Of a stretch of DNA of 32,149 nucleotides, positions 8,761-17,131 are shown piece after piece (the stretch's first letter is position 1; each line of letters starts with the position of its first letter). The notes below the pieces were generated by a model. The model did no database searches, was not told where the DNA came from, and worked only from the letters and a program-made list of their open reading frames with translations. Both the position numbers and the translations under genes were made by a program. Where the stretch lies: assembly GCA_002716625.1 (NCBI GenBank), contig PBAS01000083.1:1-32149 (forward strand). The letters are read 5' to 3'. The stretch is from Phycisphaeraceae bacterium. GTDB lineage: Bacteria > Planctomycetota > Phycisphaerae > Phycisphaerales > Phycisphaeraceae.

Positions 8761-9822
8761 ATGTTCGAAGCCATATTTCTTGATCGCGAAGGAACGATTA
8801 CGCGCAATGCGCCGAATGGCAACCAACCGCCAGGGAACGGCCTGATTCATGGTGCGGCATCGGCGATCGCATCACTACGTGGCTTGGGGTATAAAATTAT
8901 TGTCGTCACCAATGAACCTGCTATCGCCGACGGACATTATGCTGAACAAGACATCGTGGCAGGACATGCCCATCTAAATCATGTCATTCGACGTACAAGA
9001 GGCGCAACCGTCGACCGGTTCTATTACTGCCCTTATGAACCGGCTGGAAGAGTCAAGAAATATCGCAAGAATCATCCGTGGAGAAAGCCAAACCCTGGCA
9101 TGCTCATCGCTGCCAAAAAAGATCTTCAGATCGACCTTTCCAGATCTTGGGTAGTGGGTTCTGGTTCAATTGATGTCAAGGCAGGCGTCGCAGCAGGAGC
9201 CAGGACCATTTTACTAGACGATAAATCATCCAAGCATCCAGTACCTCATGGCACCAGTTCCTCAAATAGGTTCGGCGCTGATTTTATTGCTCCCAACCTC
9301 AAAGAAGCAGTAAAAGTCATCACCCAACAGCGTATCTCGGAATCAACCGATGCACCCCACACCCTTACGCAACCACAACAAGAAAGCTTGCCAAACACCA
9401 ATACACCACTGACGTCGACACACATTAATCCCAACCAACCATACCCTGATCAAGAACCCAACCAGAACCCTGTTGGCAATAGGCACCCGATTGCTACTAC
9501 TGAAAAGACCGTACAACTTTCATCATTCAAGCACTCAGAATCAACCAAGGATAATGAACATTCCCATGCCATTATTTCGCCGGCCGCCCGCACGCTTAGA
9601 CAGATTCTTCAAGAGCTTCGTCGACAGAGATCACAACCAAAGGAATTCTCCTATCCACTTGCGGTAGCATTGGTACTGCAATTAATTGCGGTGGTCTTCG
9701 CCCTCGGCGCATTTATCGTTGCTGGCACAACCGATGATCAAACATTTATAAGGTGGATGAGCGGCGGGACCTTTGTCCAACTGGCCGTTATTGCAATGCT
9801 GCTATTTCATCGTAGGTTGTAG
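8761..9822 (+). CDS. GmhB-like (HAD-IIIA) phosphatase domain with degenerate catalytic motifs, fused to a low-complexity linker and a C-terminal double transmembrane anchor.
   Basis: Residues 1-180 align with the GmhB/histidinol-phosphatase-like fold: FLDREGTIT, VVTNEP, YYCPYEP, RKPNPGML, VGSGSIDVKAG. Motif I is DxE rather than DxD. Motif IV GD becomes GS. The Zn-site Cys and His residues are largely missing. A roughly 110-aa P/T/Q/N-rich linker follows, then YPLAVALVLQLIAVVFALGAFIVAG and FVQLAVIAMLLF hydrophobic helices. The track ORF 8713 start overlaps gmk. ATG 8761 aligns with the HAD motif I position. Confidence 0.7.
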   Translation: MFEAIFLDREGTITRNAPNGNQPPGNGLIHGAASAIASLRGLGYKIIVVTNEPAIADGHYAEQDIVAGHAHLNHVIRRTRGATVDRFYYCPYEPAGRVKKYRKNHPWRKPNPGMLIAAKKDLQIDLSRSWVVGSGSIDVKAGVAAGARTILLDDKSSKHPVPHGTSSSNRFGADFIAPNLKEAVKVITQQRISESTDAPHTLTQPQQESLPNTNTPLTSTHINPNQPYPDQEPNQNPVGNRHPIATTEKTVQLSSFKHSESTKDNEHSHAIISPAARTLRQILQELRRQRSQPKEFSYPLAVALVLQLIAVVFALGAFIVAGTTDDQTFIRWMSGGTFVQLAVIAMLLFHRRL

Positions 9823-9895
9823 AGTTGTCGCCAACTGCTGATAAGCGGTAAATCCCATGCCGTCTAGAACAAATAGACCCGGAAATCGAGTTCCA

Positions 9896-10696
9896 TCACC
9901 AGGCCAAATAACCTCCATCAACCACAAGATCAACCCCTGTGACATAACCAGACGCCTTCGATGCCAAAAAAACCACAGCGCCCTTAAGATCAGAATCATT
10001 GCCCCAGCGGCCCAGTGGCACACGCCTTAGGAAATTCTCCTGCGTACCCAGATCGAATGAATCTTTATTCACTTCAAGTGGGAAACCACCGGGGCTGATT
10101 GTATTGACGCGAATGCCATGATGGGCCCAAGCCGTTGCAAGCGCCCGCGTTAGATTAGCAATACCGCCTTTACTGGCGGCAAAACTGACACTGGCTGGCA
10201 AGTGATTGGGATCCTTAGTGTATAAGGCGCCATCCATACCGGCTTGACCATAAATCGAGGAAATCTGAATAATGCGACCACCACCCTGGCGAATCATCTG
10301 GCGTCCGACAACTTGTGCACAGACAAAAGAACCCGTCAGGTTGGCACGCTGAACACGGTGCCATTCCTCAAGACTTTCATTCTCTACTGGCCCAAAATCA
10401 AATGTTCCTGCGTTGTTGACAAGAATATCTAAGCGAGAAAATTCACCGACAATTTGATCGACCGCATCGTTAACCTCGGCCGCTTGCGTAATATCCATTT
10501 GCACTGCCAATGCCTGGCGACCGAGTTTTCGAACCAGGGCAGCTGTTTGTTCGCACATTTCCAAGCGTCGGGCGCCGATTACCACATCCGCACCAGCCTC
10601 CGCTAGCGCCAGTGCCATCTGGCGACCTAACCCAGTACCACCGCCTGTAACCAACGCCACGTCACCGGACAGATCAAATAGTTCCCCTACATTCAT
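9896..10696 (-). CDS. Short-chain dehydrogenase/reductase (SDR) family oxidoreductase.
   Basis: TGGGTGLGRQMALALAEAGADVVIGAR (Rossmann TGxxxGxG), NNAG, and an S...Y..xK catalytic arrangement (ISSIYG ... YTKD ... ASK). 266 aa. Confidence 0.85.
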   Translation of the reverse strand: MNVGELFDLSGDVALVTGGGTGLGRQMALALAEAGADVVIGARRLEMCEQTAALVRKLGRQALAVQMDITQAAEVNDAVDQIVGEFSRLDILVNNAGTFDFGPVENESLEEWHRVQRANLTGSFVCAQVVGRQMIRQGGGRIIQISSIYGQAGMDGALYTKDPNHLPASVSFAASKGGIANLTRALATAWAHHGIRVNTISPGGFPLEVNKDSFDLGTQENFLRRVPLGRWGNDSDLKGAVVFLASKASGYVTGVDLVVDGGYLAW

Positions 10697-11715
10697 CCGT
10701 GACTTTCAGTAAAAGGCAAAGATACTGTCTCGTTTTTTTGATACGAATATCGTGCTGCAATAATGACCTCAAGCGATCGACGCCCGTCATCACCGGTGGC
10801 TACCGGTGGTTCATCACGCTCAATTGATTGCACAAAGCAACGAACCTGCTCGGCATACCAACCCACTAGATTGCCATGCAGTTTGGACCAATGCTGAACA
10901 TCAGGGAATTGCCAGCCATCATCATTGCATATGGCCACCGTATTAGGTAATACCTGTCCGTAAGCAATACCTTTGCTACCAACAACTTCGAACCTAACAT
11001 CACCCCCCATCCCCAACTTGGCCGGCAACACCCAACCGCTTTCGACAATCCCCACCGCACCACGTCGCGTCTTAAACATGGTCCAGCAGATATCGTGAAC
11101 ACCCAATTCATTTTGTACAGGACCAGCAACTATTTCAGCCGTAACTCGCACCACCTCATCATTCAAGTACCAGAGCATAAGATCAAGATCATGGACTGCT
11201 AGATACTGTTCAACACTCACTCGCCCTCCCAAACGACGTGCCTCCGTAATAAAAGCATGACGCTTGCTATAGATGCTCATGACATCGCCTAAAGATCCGG
11301 TCTCAATCTGCTCCTTGATTGCCGTGTGCGTTGTGTCATATCGTGAGCAATGACCAATGGCCAGTTTCACATTGGCTGCCTTTGATGATGCAATGATACG
11401 GTCAGCATCTCGAAGATTGGTTGCAATTGGTTTTTCCAAAAGCACATGTTTTCCCGCATTGCTGGAAGCAACGGCAGGTTCACAATGCAATTGATCGGGC
11501 GTGGCAATCACAACCGCATCCACATTTCTCAAAGCCAGCAAGTGATTGTAGTCTGTAAACACATGCTGCAGACCATGTTCACCAGCCAGAATATCGGCCC
11601 GTTTCTCGTCTACATCTGCAACTGCAATTAACTGTGCTTCTGATACCGCATCAATCGCGGCGGCATGCACAGCACCCATTTGGCCTGCTCCAATAATACC
11701 GAAACCAATTGCCAT
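10693..11715 (-). CDS. Gfo/Idh/MocA family NAD(P)-dependent oxidoreductase (sugar or inositol dehydrogenase-like).
   Basis: N-terminus MAIGFGIIGAGQMGAVHAAAI with the EKP motif (VLLEKPIATNL). 340 aa. Its stop overlaps the SDR start by 4 nt (ATGA). Confidence 0.85.
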   Translation of the reverse strand: MAIGFGIIGAGQMGAVHAAAIDAVSEAQLIAVADVDEKRADILAGEHGLQHVFTDYNHLLALRNVDAVVIATPDQLHCEPAVASSNAGKHVLLEKPIATNLRDADRIIASSKAANVKLAIGHCSRYDTTHTAIKEQIETGSLGDVMSIYSKRHAFITEARRLGGRVSVEQYLAVHDLDLMLWYLNDEVVRVTAEIVAGPVQNELGVHDICWTMFKTRRGAVGIVESGWVLPAKLGMGGDVRFEVVGSKGIAYGQVLPNTVAICNDDGWQFPDVQHWSKLHGNLVGWYAEQVRCFVQSIERDEPPVATGDDGRRSLEVIIAARYSYQKNETVSLPFTESHG

Positions 11716-11968
11716 TGGGATTCTCTTTTAACTCATGCAAGTGACACGGAACTCAAATTGGCTCCAGACAGAATAGCAGAATTGGCCCGCCATGAAGATG
11801 GTGGTAATTGTTCTGAAGACCAGGAGGCAAATCCAAAAGATATGCAGGTGATTAATACAAGTTCGGGTCGATAAATGGCAACCAGTAAGCCATCACCGAT
11901 CCTTGTGTATATCGTCAGAACTATCCAGTGGAGGAAATAGTGACCTGTATTGACATTAAGGATCTTAC

Positions 11969-13306
11969 CTATATCACATCCATAGCGTAATTTTCGGCCC
12001 GCGGGGTGATCATGGTGGGGGAGGCCGCCAGGTCCATGAGCAAAACCGTTAAGTCATCAGCACGGCTCAGAGAGCCAGCTTGACAATCAAGTTTACTAGA
12101 CAATCGGGCCAAAGCATCCTTAGCTGATCCTGAAGCAAGGTTTTTAAATTCATCCAGGTAACGGTTGTTGGCAATAGGGTGGCTATTGCCAGCCTGCCGG
12201 GGGTGATCCCCAGGAAAAGCAAGTTCAAATCCATCACTATAAAGCAGCAAACGATCACCTAAATCCAACTGGATACGAGAAACTTCAAATTCCTCGCCTG
12301 GAAATACGCCCAACATAGCACCTTCGGGCTCGATCGCGGTAAGAGAGCCGTCGCCACGCAACAGTAGGGGGTAGGGGTGACCCGCACGCGCAATTTGGAG
12401 TTCGAGTGTATCCACATTAACCACACCGTACACTGCGGTCGCGGTGCGTACTTTGTCATGGCTTTCATGTTCTAAAAGATCATGGTTCAATCGCGACAAT
12501 ACATTAGCAGGAGAGACAATTCGTGAACCAGTAGCAACAGTGGGAACCGTTTCGCAGACGGTCAAGGAACACTTAATGTAGATCGTCATGAGTGCTGCGG
12601 GAACACCATGGCCAACGGCATCCACCAAGAAAAAACCGATATGGTTTGCGTCGAGGCGGCGTACATCATAGATATCCCCACTCACATACCCGGCAGGCCG
12701 AAACAACACATGGAAATCCACTCCATTGACAGTAGGCATTTGTGTAGGAAGAAAGTCTTGTTGCAGTTGTGCGGCCAATCGTAGTTCTTCATCCATCTTT
12801 CCAAACTCATTGACTAAACCACCGTGATGCAAGTGAAGTAATGACAGTTCAGTTTTAAGCCCTTGGACAACATCTGCTTGACTCCACAGCGTTTGAAGTA
12901 TTGCCGCAATACTGGCTGGTGGAATATTGGGTGGCGCGGCCACAACACCTTCGCTGATGGTTGCCCCCGCCGTATTGGTTTCACAAGGACGGGTAACCAT
13001 GCATGGCACATGCCTATCTTGCAGCAGCCCAATCAGTTCTCGATCTTGATCTGTCATGTGCTGTGTTTCACTAAGCAACCAGACGACATCACAACTGTTC
13101 AAAGATGAGGGCTCGTCAAGAACACTTGACAGGGTGTACTGTTCAATAATGGGATGATCACCGGGTGACCAATGTTGTAAAACATGATGAACCAGATCAC
13201 GAGGCGTTGATCGCAGTGTCCCAATAGAGTCTGAACACTCTTGAAGAATTTGGATGCGGGAACACCCCGCCGAACCGATTAACATCAGAGTTTTTTTGCG
13301 CATCAC
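11969..13306 (-). CDS. PP2C/SpoIIE-family serine phosphatase with an N-terminal degenerate receiver-like domain.
   Basis: The C-terminal 250 aa carry PPM motifs: SGDIYDV, FLVDAVGHGVPAALM, YGVVNVD, ARAGHPYPLLL, LLLYSDG. The N-terminal roughly 110 aa resemble a CheY-like receiver, but the acidic pocket and phospho-Asp are replaced (KTLMLIGSAG ... VVWLLSE ... VPCMVT). Confidence 0.8.
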   Translation of the reverse strand: MMRKKTLMLIGSAGCSRIQILQECSDSIGTLRSTPRDLVHHVLQHWSPGDHPIIEQYTLSSVLDEPSSLNSCDVVWLLSETQHMTDQDRELIGLLQDRHVPCMVTRPCETNTAGATISEGVVAAPPNIPPASIAAILQTLWSQADVVQGLKTELSLLHLHHGGLVNEFGKMDEELRLAAQLQQDFLPTQMPTVNGVDFHVLFRPAGYVSGDIYDVRRLDANHIGFFLVDAVGHGVPAALMTIYIKCSLTVCETVPTVATGSRIVSPANVLSRLNHDLLEHESHDKVRTATAVYGVVNVDTLELQIARAGHPYPLLLRGDGSLTAIEPEGAMLGVFPGEEFEVSRIQLDLGDRLLLYSDGFELAFPGDHPRQAGNSHPIANNRYLDEFKNLASGSAKDALARLSSKLDCQAGSLSRADDLTVLLMDLAASPTMITPRAENYAMDVI

Positions 13307-13356
13307 AACCAGTCAACCTGATAAGTAAGGTAAGGTAATAGATCAATCTCATCGGG

Positions 13357-13878
13357 TCAGCGAGCCCAGCCCTTGAGGTCCGCTATTGGTAACTTAATAA
13401 GTTGGTTTGGCTGAAGTTGTAATTGATCAGCCATGCCGGCTGCCAGTTCAATGGCGTATTGATAGGGCCAAGGGCTTTGATAGATACGTAATTGATTATC
13501 CGGTACATCTGGCTCCAGATCCATTTGGTGAATCGCGATAATACGTCCATCCGAATCCAGAAAGATTAAATCAATAGGAACTAAGCATCCACGCATGTAG
13601 AAACCGTTACCGGGAACACTTTGCGGTTGGTCGAAGACAAATAACATTCCCCCATAAGGATCAATATGGGCTCTACCAGATAAACCCGTACGGCGACTTG
13701 TATCATCTAAGGCAAGTTCAAGGGAAAAAACATTATGATTAATCGTAATGGTTAAAACATCTGGAGGGGTTGACAGGGCAGTTCCACAACTGGCCAAGGA
13801 AACAACTAGGAAGGGGAGGGCGATGACAACCGCGGAAGGGGCCCACCCACAAAAAAATGGAGCATGATCACGGTACAT
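13357..13878 (-). CDS. DUF192 family protein with a lipoprotein-type signal peptide.
   Basis: The core CLVPIDLIFLDSDGRIIAIHQM matches the DUF192 (COG1430) signature PLD.IF.D..G.I. The chosen start gives MYRDHAPFFCGWAPSAVVIALPFLVVSLASC, a signal peptide plus lipobox LASC. The track ORF extends to 14004, overlapping gluQ by 16 nt, so the start is uncertain. Confidence 0.55.
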   Translation of the reverse strand: MYRDHAPFFCGWAPSAVVIALPFLVVSLASCGTALSTPPDVLTITINHNVFSLELALDDTSRRTGLSGRAHIDPYGGMLFVFDQPQSVPGNGFYMRGCLVPIDLIFLDSDGRIIAIHQMDLEPDVPDNQLRIYQSPWPYQYAIELAAGMADQLQLQPNQLIKLPIADLKGWAR

Positions 13879-13988
13879 AACATTTTCGAATTTAAGACCA
13901 GAGACAATGACACGTACCTGGGCGGATATTCCTTGATAATCGTTGCTTGACATCCAAAATTCGCGACTAAGATTAACACTTTGATGCA

Positions 13989-14939
13989 TCATCCACATAG
14001 CCATTGCTCATCTTTATAGGAAAAGGTGATGCGATGATGCGGTACCAGTTCAAGACGAAACTTTTCAGCAAACTCCGAAGCCGACATTAATTGTCTTTGT
14101 TCTGTGATCCGACACCAAAAAGCAATCAGTCCAACCACACGAAATGGGGAAATCCCTTTTTCCCGATAAGACGCCACTCGGCTGTCCCCGTGGCGCTTGG
14201 CCAACCGGCGGCCATCAGGACCACACACAATAGGTAGATGGTAGTAACGTGGCAGCGGTGAAAGGCCAAGCGTCCGATAAATTAATATTTGCCGGCCGGT
14301 AGATGAAAGCAGATCATCACCACGTACGATGTGAGACACCCTTTGCTTAAAATCATCCACAACAACTGCCAGCTGGTAGGCTGGCAAACCTTCCTTGGTT
14401 GATACAACAAAATCTCCAACCTCCTTTTGGATATTAATGACCTGATGCCCATGTACCTGATCGTCAAATTCAACCGGCTGCTCTGGAACGATCAACCGCC
14501 ACGCAATCGATTTACTAGCAGGGGGGGTTAGGAATCCTGATGTCGAAAAAGGGCGACAAGTACCTGGATAACGGAGTTCATGTTCATTACCGTGAGGCGC
14601 TGCCTGCACCTGCTCAATCTGTTTTCGCGAACAGGCACATGGGTAGATCATGCCGTCCGATTTAAGTTCATCCAGTGCAGAAGAATACCCACGGAGATTG
14701 TCCGACTGATAGTATGGCAGCCCGGCCCAATCCAGCCCCAACCACTCAAGGTCTTTTATCGCAAGTTCATCTGCACCTTTTTTGGTCCTGGGACCATCCA
14801 AATCATCAATTCGCAGCACCAGCCCCCAGCCATTTTGCTGCGCCAGAGCCCAGTTAATAAGAAAAGCATAAGCGTTTCCAAGATGCAATGCGCCGGTGGG
14901 TGATGGGGCGAGCCGGGAAATATGGGTGCGATGAGACAT
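13989..14939 (-). CDS. gluQ: Glutamyl-Q tRNA(Asp) synthetase (truncated GluRS paralog).
   Basis: Class-I catalytic domain only (about 316 aa, no anticodon-binding domain): RLAPSPTGALHLGNAYAFL (HIGH-type), RIDDLD, and HLPIVCGPDGRRLAKRHG, a KMSKS-like region of the GluQRS type. The alternative TTG start is at 14957. Confidence 0.8.
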   Translation of the reverse strand: MSHRTHISRLAPSPTGALHLGNAYAFLINWALAQQNGWGLVLRIDDLDGPRTKKGADELAIKDLEWLGLDWAGLPYYQSDNLRGYSSALDELKSDGMIYPCACSRKQIEQVQAAPHGNEHELRYPGTCRPFSTSGFLTPPASKSIAWRLIVPEQPVEFDDQVHGHQVINIQKEVGDFVVSTKEGLPAYQLAVVVDDFKQRVSHIVRGDDLLSSTGRQILIYRTLGLSPLPRYYHLPIVCGPDGRRLAKRHGDSRVASYREKGISPFRVVGLIAFWCRITEQRQLMSASEFAEKFRLELVPHHRITFSYKDEQWLCG

Positions 14940-14981
14940 GGTCTGTTTGTCGGCCAAACCCTAGTAATCTATCGTAGAAGT

Positions 14982-15593
14982 ATGAGTAGCCACAACTCCA
15001 AGCCCACCGGGCACCTTCGATTGGCCGTCCTGCTAAGTGGTGGAGGGACAACCATGCAGAACCTGGCCAAGGCCATCACGGATGACAACCTACCCGCAAC
15101 CATTGAACTGGTCATAAGTTCTCGTGCAAATGCATACGGTGTCACGCGGGCAAAACACCTTGGCCTCAATACTCGCATTGTGAAGCGTCCTGAACCTTAT
15201 GATCCCAGAATTTTTTCACAGGATATATTCACCCTTGTAAACAACCATCAAATAGATCTCGTTTGCCTGGCCGGATTCCTAACACAGTTAGATATCCCCT
15301 CAAGTTATTCCAATAGGGTCATCAATATTCATCCCGCCCTTTTACCCAATTTTGGAGGAAAAGGGATGTACGGACACCACGTCCACGAAGCGGTCCTAAA
15401 AGCCGGCTGTAAATTCTCCGGTTGCACGGTTCATTTTTGTAATCAAGAGTACGACCAAGGCACAATCATCGTACAACGAAGATGTCCCGTCGAGCGAGAC
15501 GATACCCCACAAACTTTAGCGGCACGGGTTTTCGAACAAGAGTGCATCGCATACCCAGCGGCGATCCGTCTCATCGCCGAAAAACAGGCCTAA
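14982..15593 (+). CDS. purN: Phosphoribosylglycinamide formyltransferase.
   Basis: LRLAVLLSGGGTTMQNL, INIHPALLPNFGG and HFCNQEYDQGTIIVQ blocks, including the formyl-transferase catalytic N/H/D region. About 203 aa from ATG 14982. Confidence 0.9.
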   Translation: MSSHNSKPTGHLRLAVLLSGGGTTMQNLAKAITDDNLPATIELVISSRANAYGVTRAKHLGLNTRIVKRPEPYDPRIFSQDIFTLVNNHQIDLVCLAGFLTQLDIPSSYSNRVINIHPALLPNFGGKGMYGHHVHEAVLKAGCKFSGCTVHFCNQEYDQGTIIVQRRCPVERDDTPQTLAARVFEQECIAYPAAIRLIAEKQA

Positions 15594-15762
15594 ATCTAGA
15601 CCCAGGTGCCAAAAAATGAGATAACCGCCCTGCCGAATAGTCCCATAATGCCTGTTATGTATAATTGGGCAGTTTGGAGCCATACACCCGGGAACGCTAC
15701 GCTATCTTATGCTTTGGTGTAATTTCCGTTGGCAATCCCAAATTTACAATTGAGAATCCTTC

Positions 15763-17007
15763 ATGTCCATCACCTCGGTTACCGCTAGCCCACCGCGCCT
15801 AACCGAACCTACGGAACAACCCCCCGGCGAGATCTGCCGCTACGGCGTCGCATTTCCGTTTCAGCCCGCCGGTGATTTCGAGAACGGCAGTGACGTTTTT
15901 CTCTTCAACCGTCTCGACGACATCAACCCTGCCGCCGCCATCCCGATCGTACGGAATGACAAATACGTCGATACCCATGGCCAGCGTCGTATCGTGATCC
16001 ACTACCCCGTTGTCGGCGGTTTCGTTCCCCTCGGCGCGTTGCGGAAAGACGAAACACCGCATCCGCACGCCGGCACCGGATTCGGTGTTAGCGAGAGCAT
16101 GGACTTTCCTCTGCTGGGCAAGGGGCACTATACAAAAGTTCACATGAAAACGAAGATGATCCGGCGGACGTCGATTTACCAGTTCTCCTACGACACTCGT
16201 TTCTTCCTTATTGATGACTCCGACGTCTACGACGGCGATGGTCCACTGCGTGCCTCGGAGAAAGGGTCAGAGTGGGCTCTTATATGGCAGGGACTGAAAC
16301 AGGCGGTACCCGACGGCGACGACCTGCTCAACCCGATCTACACCACCGCCGGGGACAACCCGGGCACCTGGCTGTCAGATCCAATGTCCAGCGGCGTAGC
16401 CCGTTGGCGACGCATCAACGGCAAGTGGCAACCGACCACCTATGTACCAGTGGTCCAAGGCGCACCGGGCAGTGGGAACGAGTCATGGATGGAGCCAAGC
16501 CTTGTACGAGACTTGGACGGTTCGCTGTTGTTTACCGCGCGGGCCGTCTACGACGACGTGGCCCATCGAATGATTCGCATATGGCGTAGTTCCGACAACG
16601 GCGAAACATGGGAGGTCACCATCGAGAAACACGACGTCCGCGGCCAGGCACCGGTCACCATCAACCAGGCGGTCGATGGCACGCCCTACGTTGTCTGCAA
16701 CAAAATGGGGCATGAACGTGACTGGCTGGTAATTTACCCGCTTAACGACGAGCGAAATGACCTTCTGCCCGCCATCGACGTTCGCAATGCCGTCGAAGAC
16801 TTCGGCCGTCCCACGGGCCCTTGCTGGTTCATGGATCATCCCAACGGTGAAACACTCCGTCTCGGCGATGGTGAATGGCACCATATTCTCAGCTATCGCA
16901 ACATGGACCGCGGCGAACACGCAGGAGCCCCCCCGGCGCCATCGACAGGACATTACCTAGAAGAAGTTTTTTCCGATGGGCCTGCCATTCCGGTTTGGAA
17001 TTTTTGA
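15763..17007 (+). CDS. BNR/Asp-box repeat protein (sialidase or glycosidase-like beta-propeller), compositionally atypical.
   Basis: 414 aa with no signal peptide. There is one canonical Asp-box, SSDNGETW, and two degenerate ones, AGDNPGTW and RDLDGSLL. GC is visibly higher, with GC3-rich codons (GGC, GAC, CCG, GTC), unlike its neighbours. Confidence 0.6.
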   Translation: MSITSVTASPPRLTEPTEQPPGEICRYGVAFPFQPAGDFENGSDVFLFNRLDDINPAAAIPIVRNDKYVDTHGQRRIVIHYPVVGGFVPLGALRKDETPHPHAGTGFGVSESMDFPLLGKGHYTKVHMKTKMIRRTSIYQFSYDTRFFLIDDSDVYDGDGPLRASEKGSEWALIWQGLKQAVPDGDDLLNPIYTTAGDNPGTWLSDPMSSGVARWRRINGKWQPTTYVPVVQGAPGSGNESWMEPSLVRDLDGSLLFTARAVYDDVAHRMIRIWRSSDNGETWEVTIEKHDVRGQAPVTINQAVDGTPYVVCNKMGHERDWLVIYPLNDERNDLLPAIDVRNAVEDFGRPTGPCWFMDHPNGETLRLGDGEWHHILSYRNMDRGEHAGAPPAPSTGHYLEEVFSDGPAIPVWNF

Positions 17008-17013
17008 TTTCGT

Positions 17014-17110
17014 ATGCCCATCACCTCCGTTACCGCCAACCCGTAGCACCTCACGTACGTAACCCGCCAAACATCCCATCGGAGAGATATGTCGCTACGC
17101 AGCGGTGCTC
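17014..17110 (+). pseudogene. Degenerate copy of the 5' end of the upstream BNR gene (truncated paralog remnant; translation MPITSVTANP then stop).
   Basis: 17014-17043 ATGCCCATCACCTCCGTTACCGCCAACCC matches 15763-15792 ATGTCCATCACCTCGGTTACCGCTAGCCC at 26 of 30 positions. Weaker similarity continues (GAGATATGTCGCTACGCAGC vs GAGATCTGCCGCTACGGCGTC). Confidence 0.4.
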
Positions 17111-17131
17111 TGCGTCCCAAGATCAATCACC

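Noticed and set aside
11951-11980. Plus-strand TTGACA ... TATATC promoter-like sequence between the Gfo/Idh/MocA and PP2C genes.
   Set aside because: The spacer is only 14 nt. The plus-strand orientation would transcribe antisense into the PP2C gene, which makes it most likely chance.
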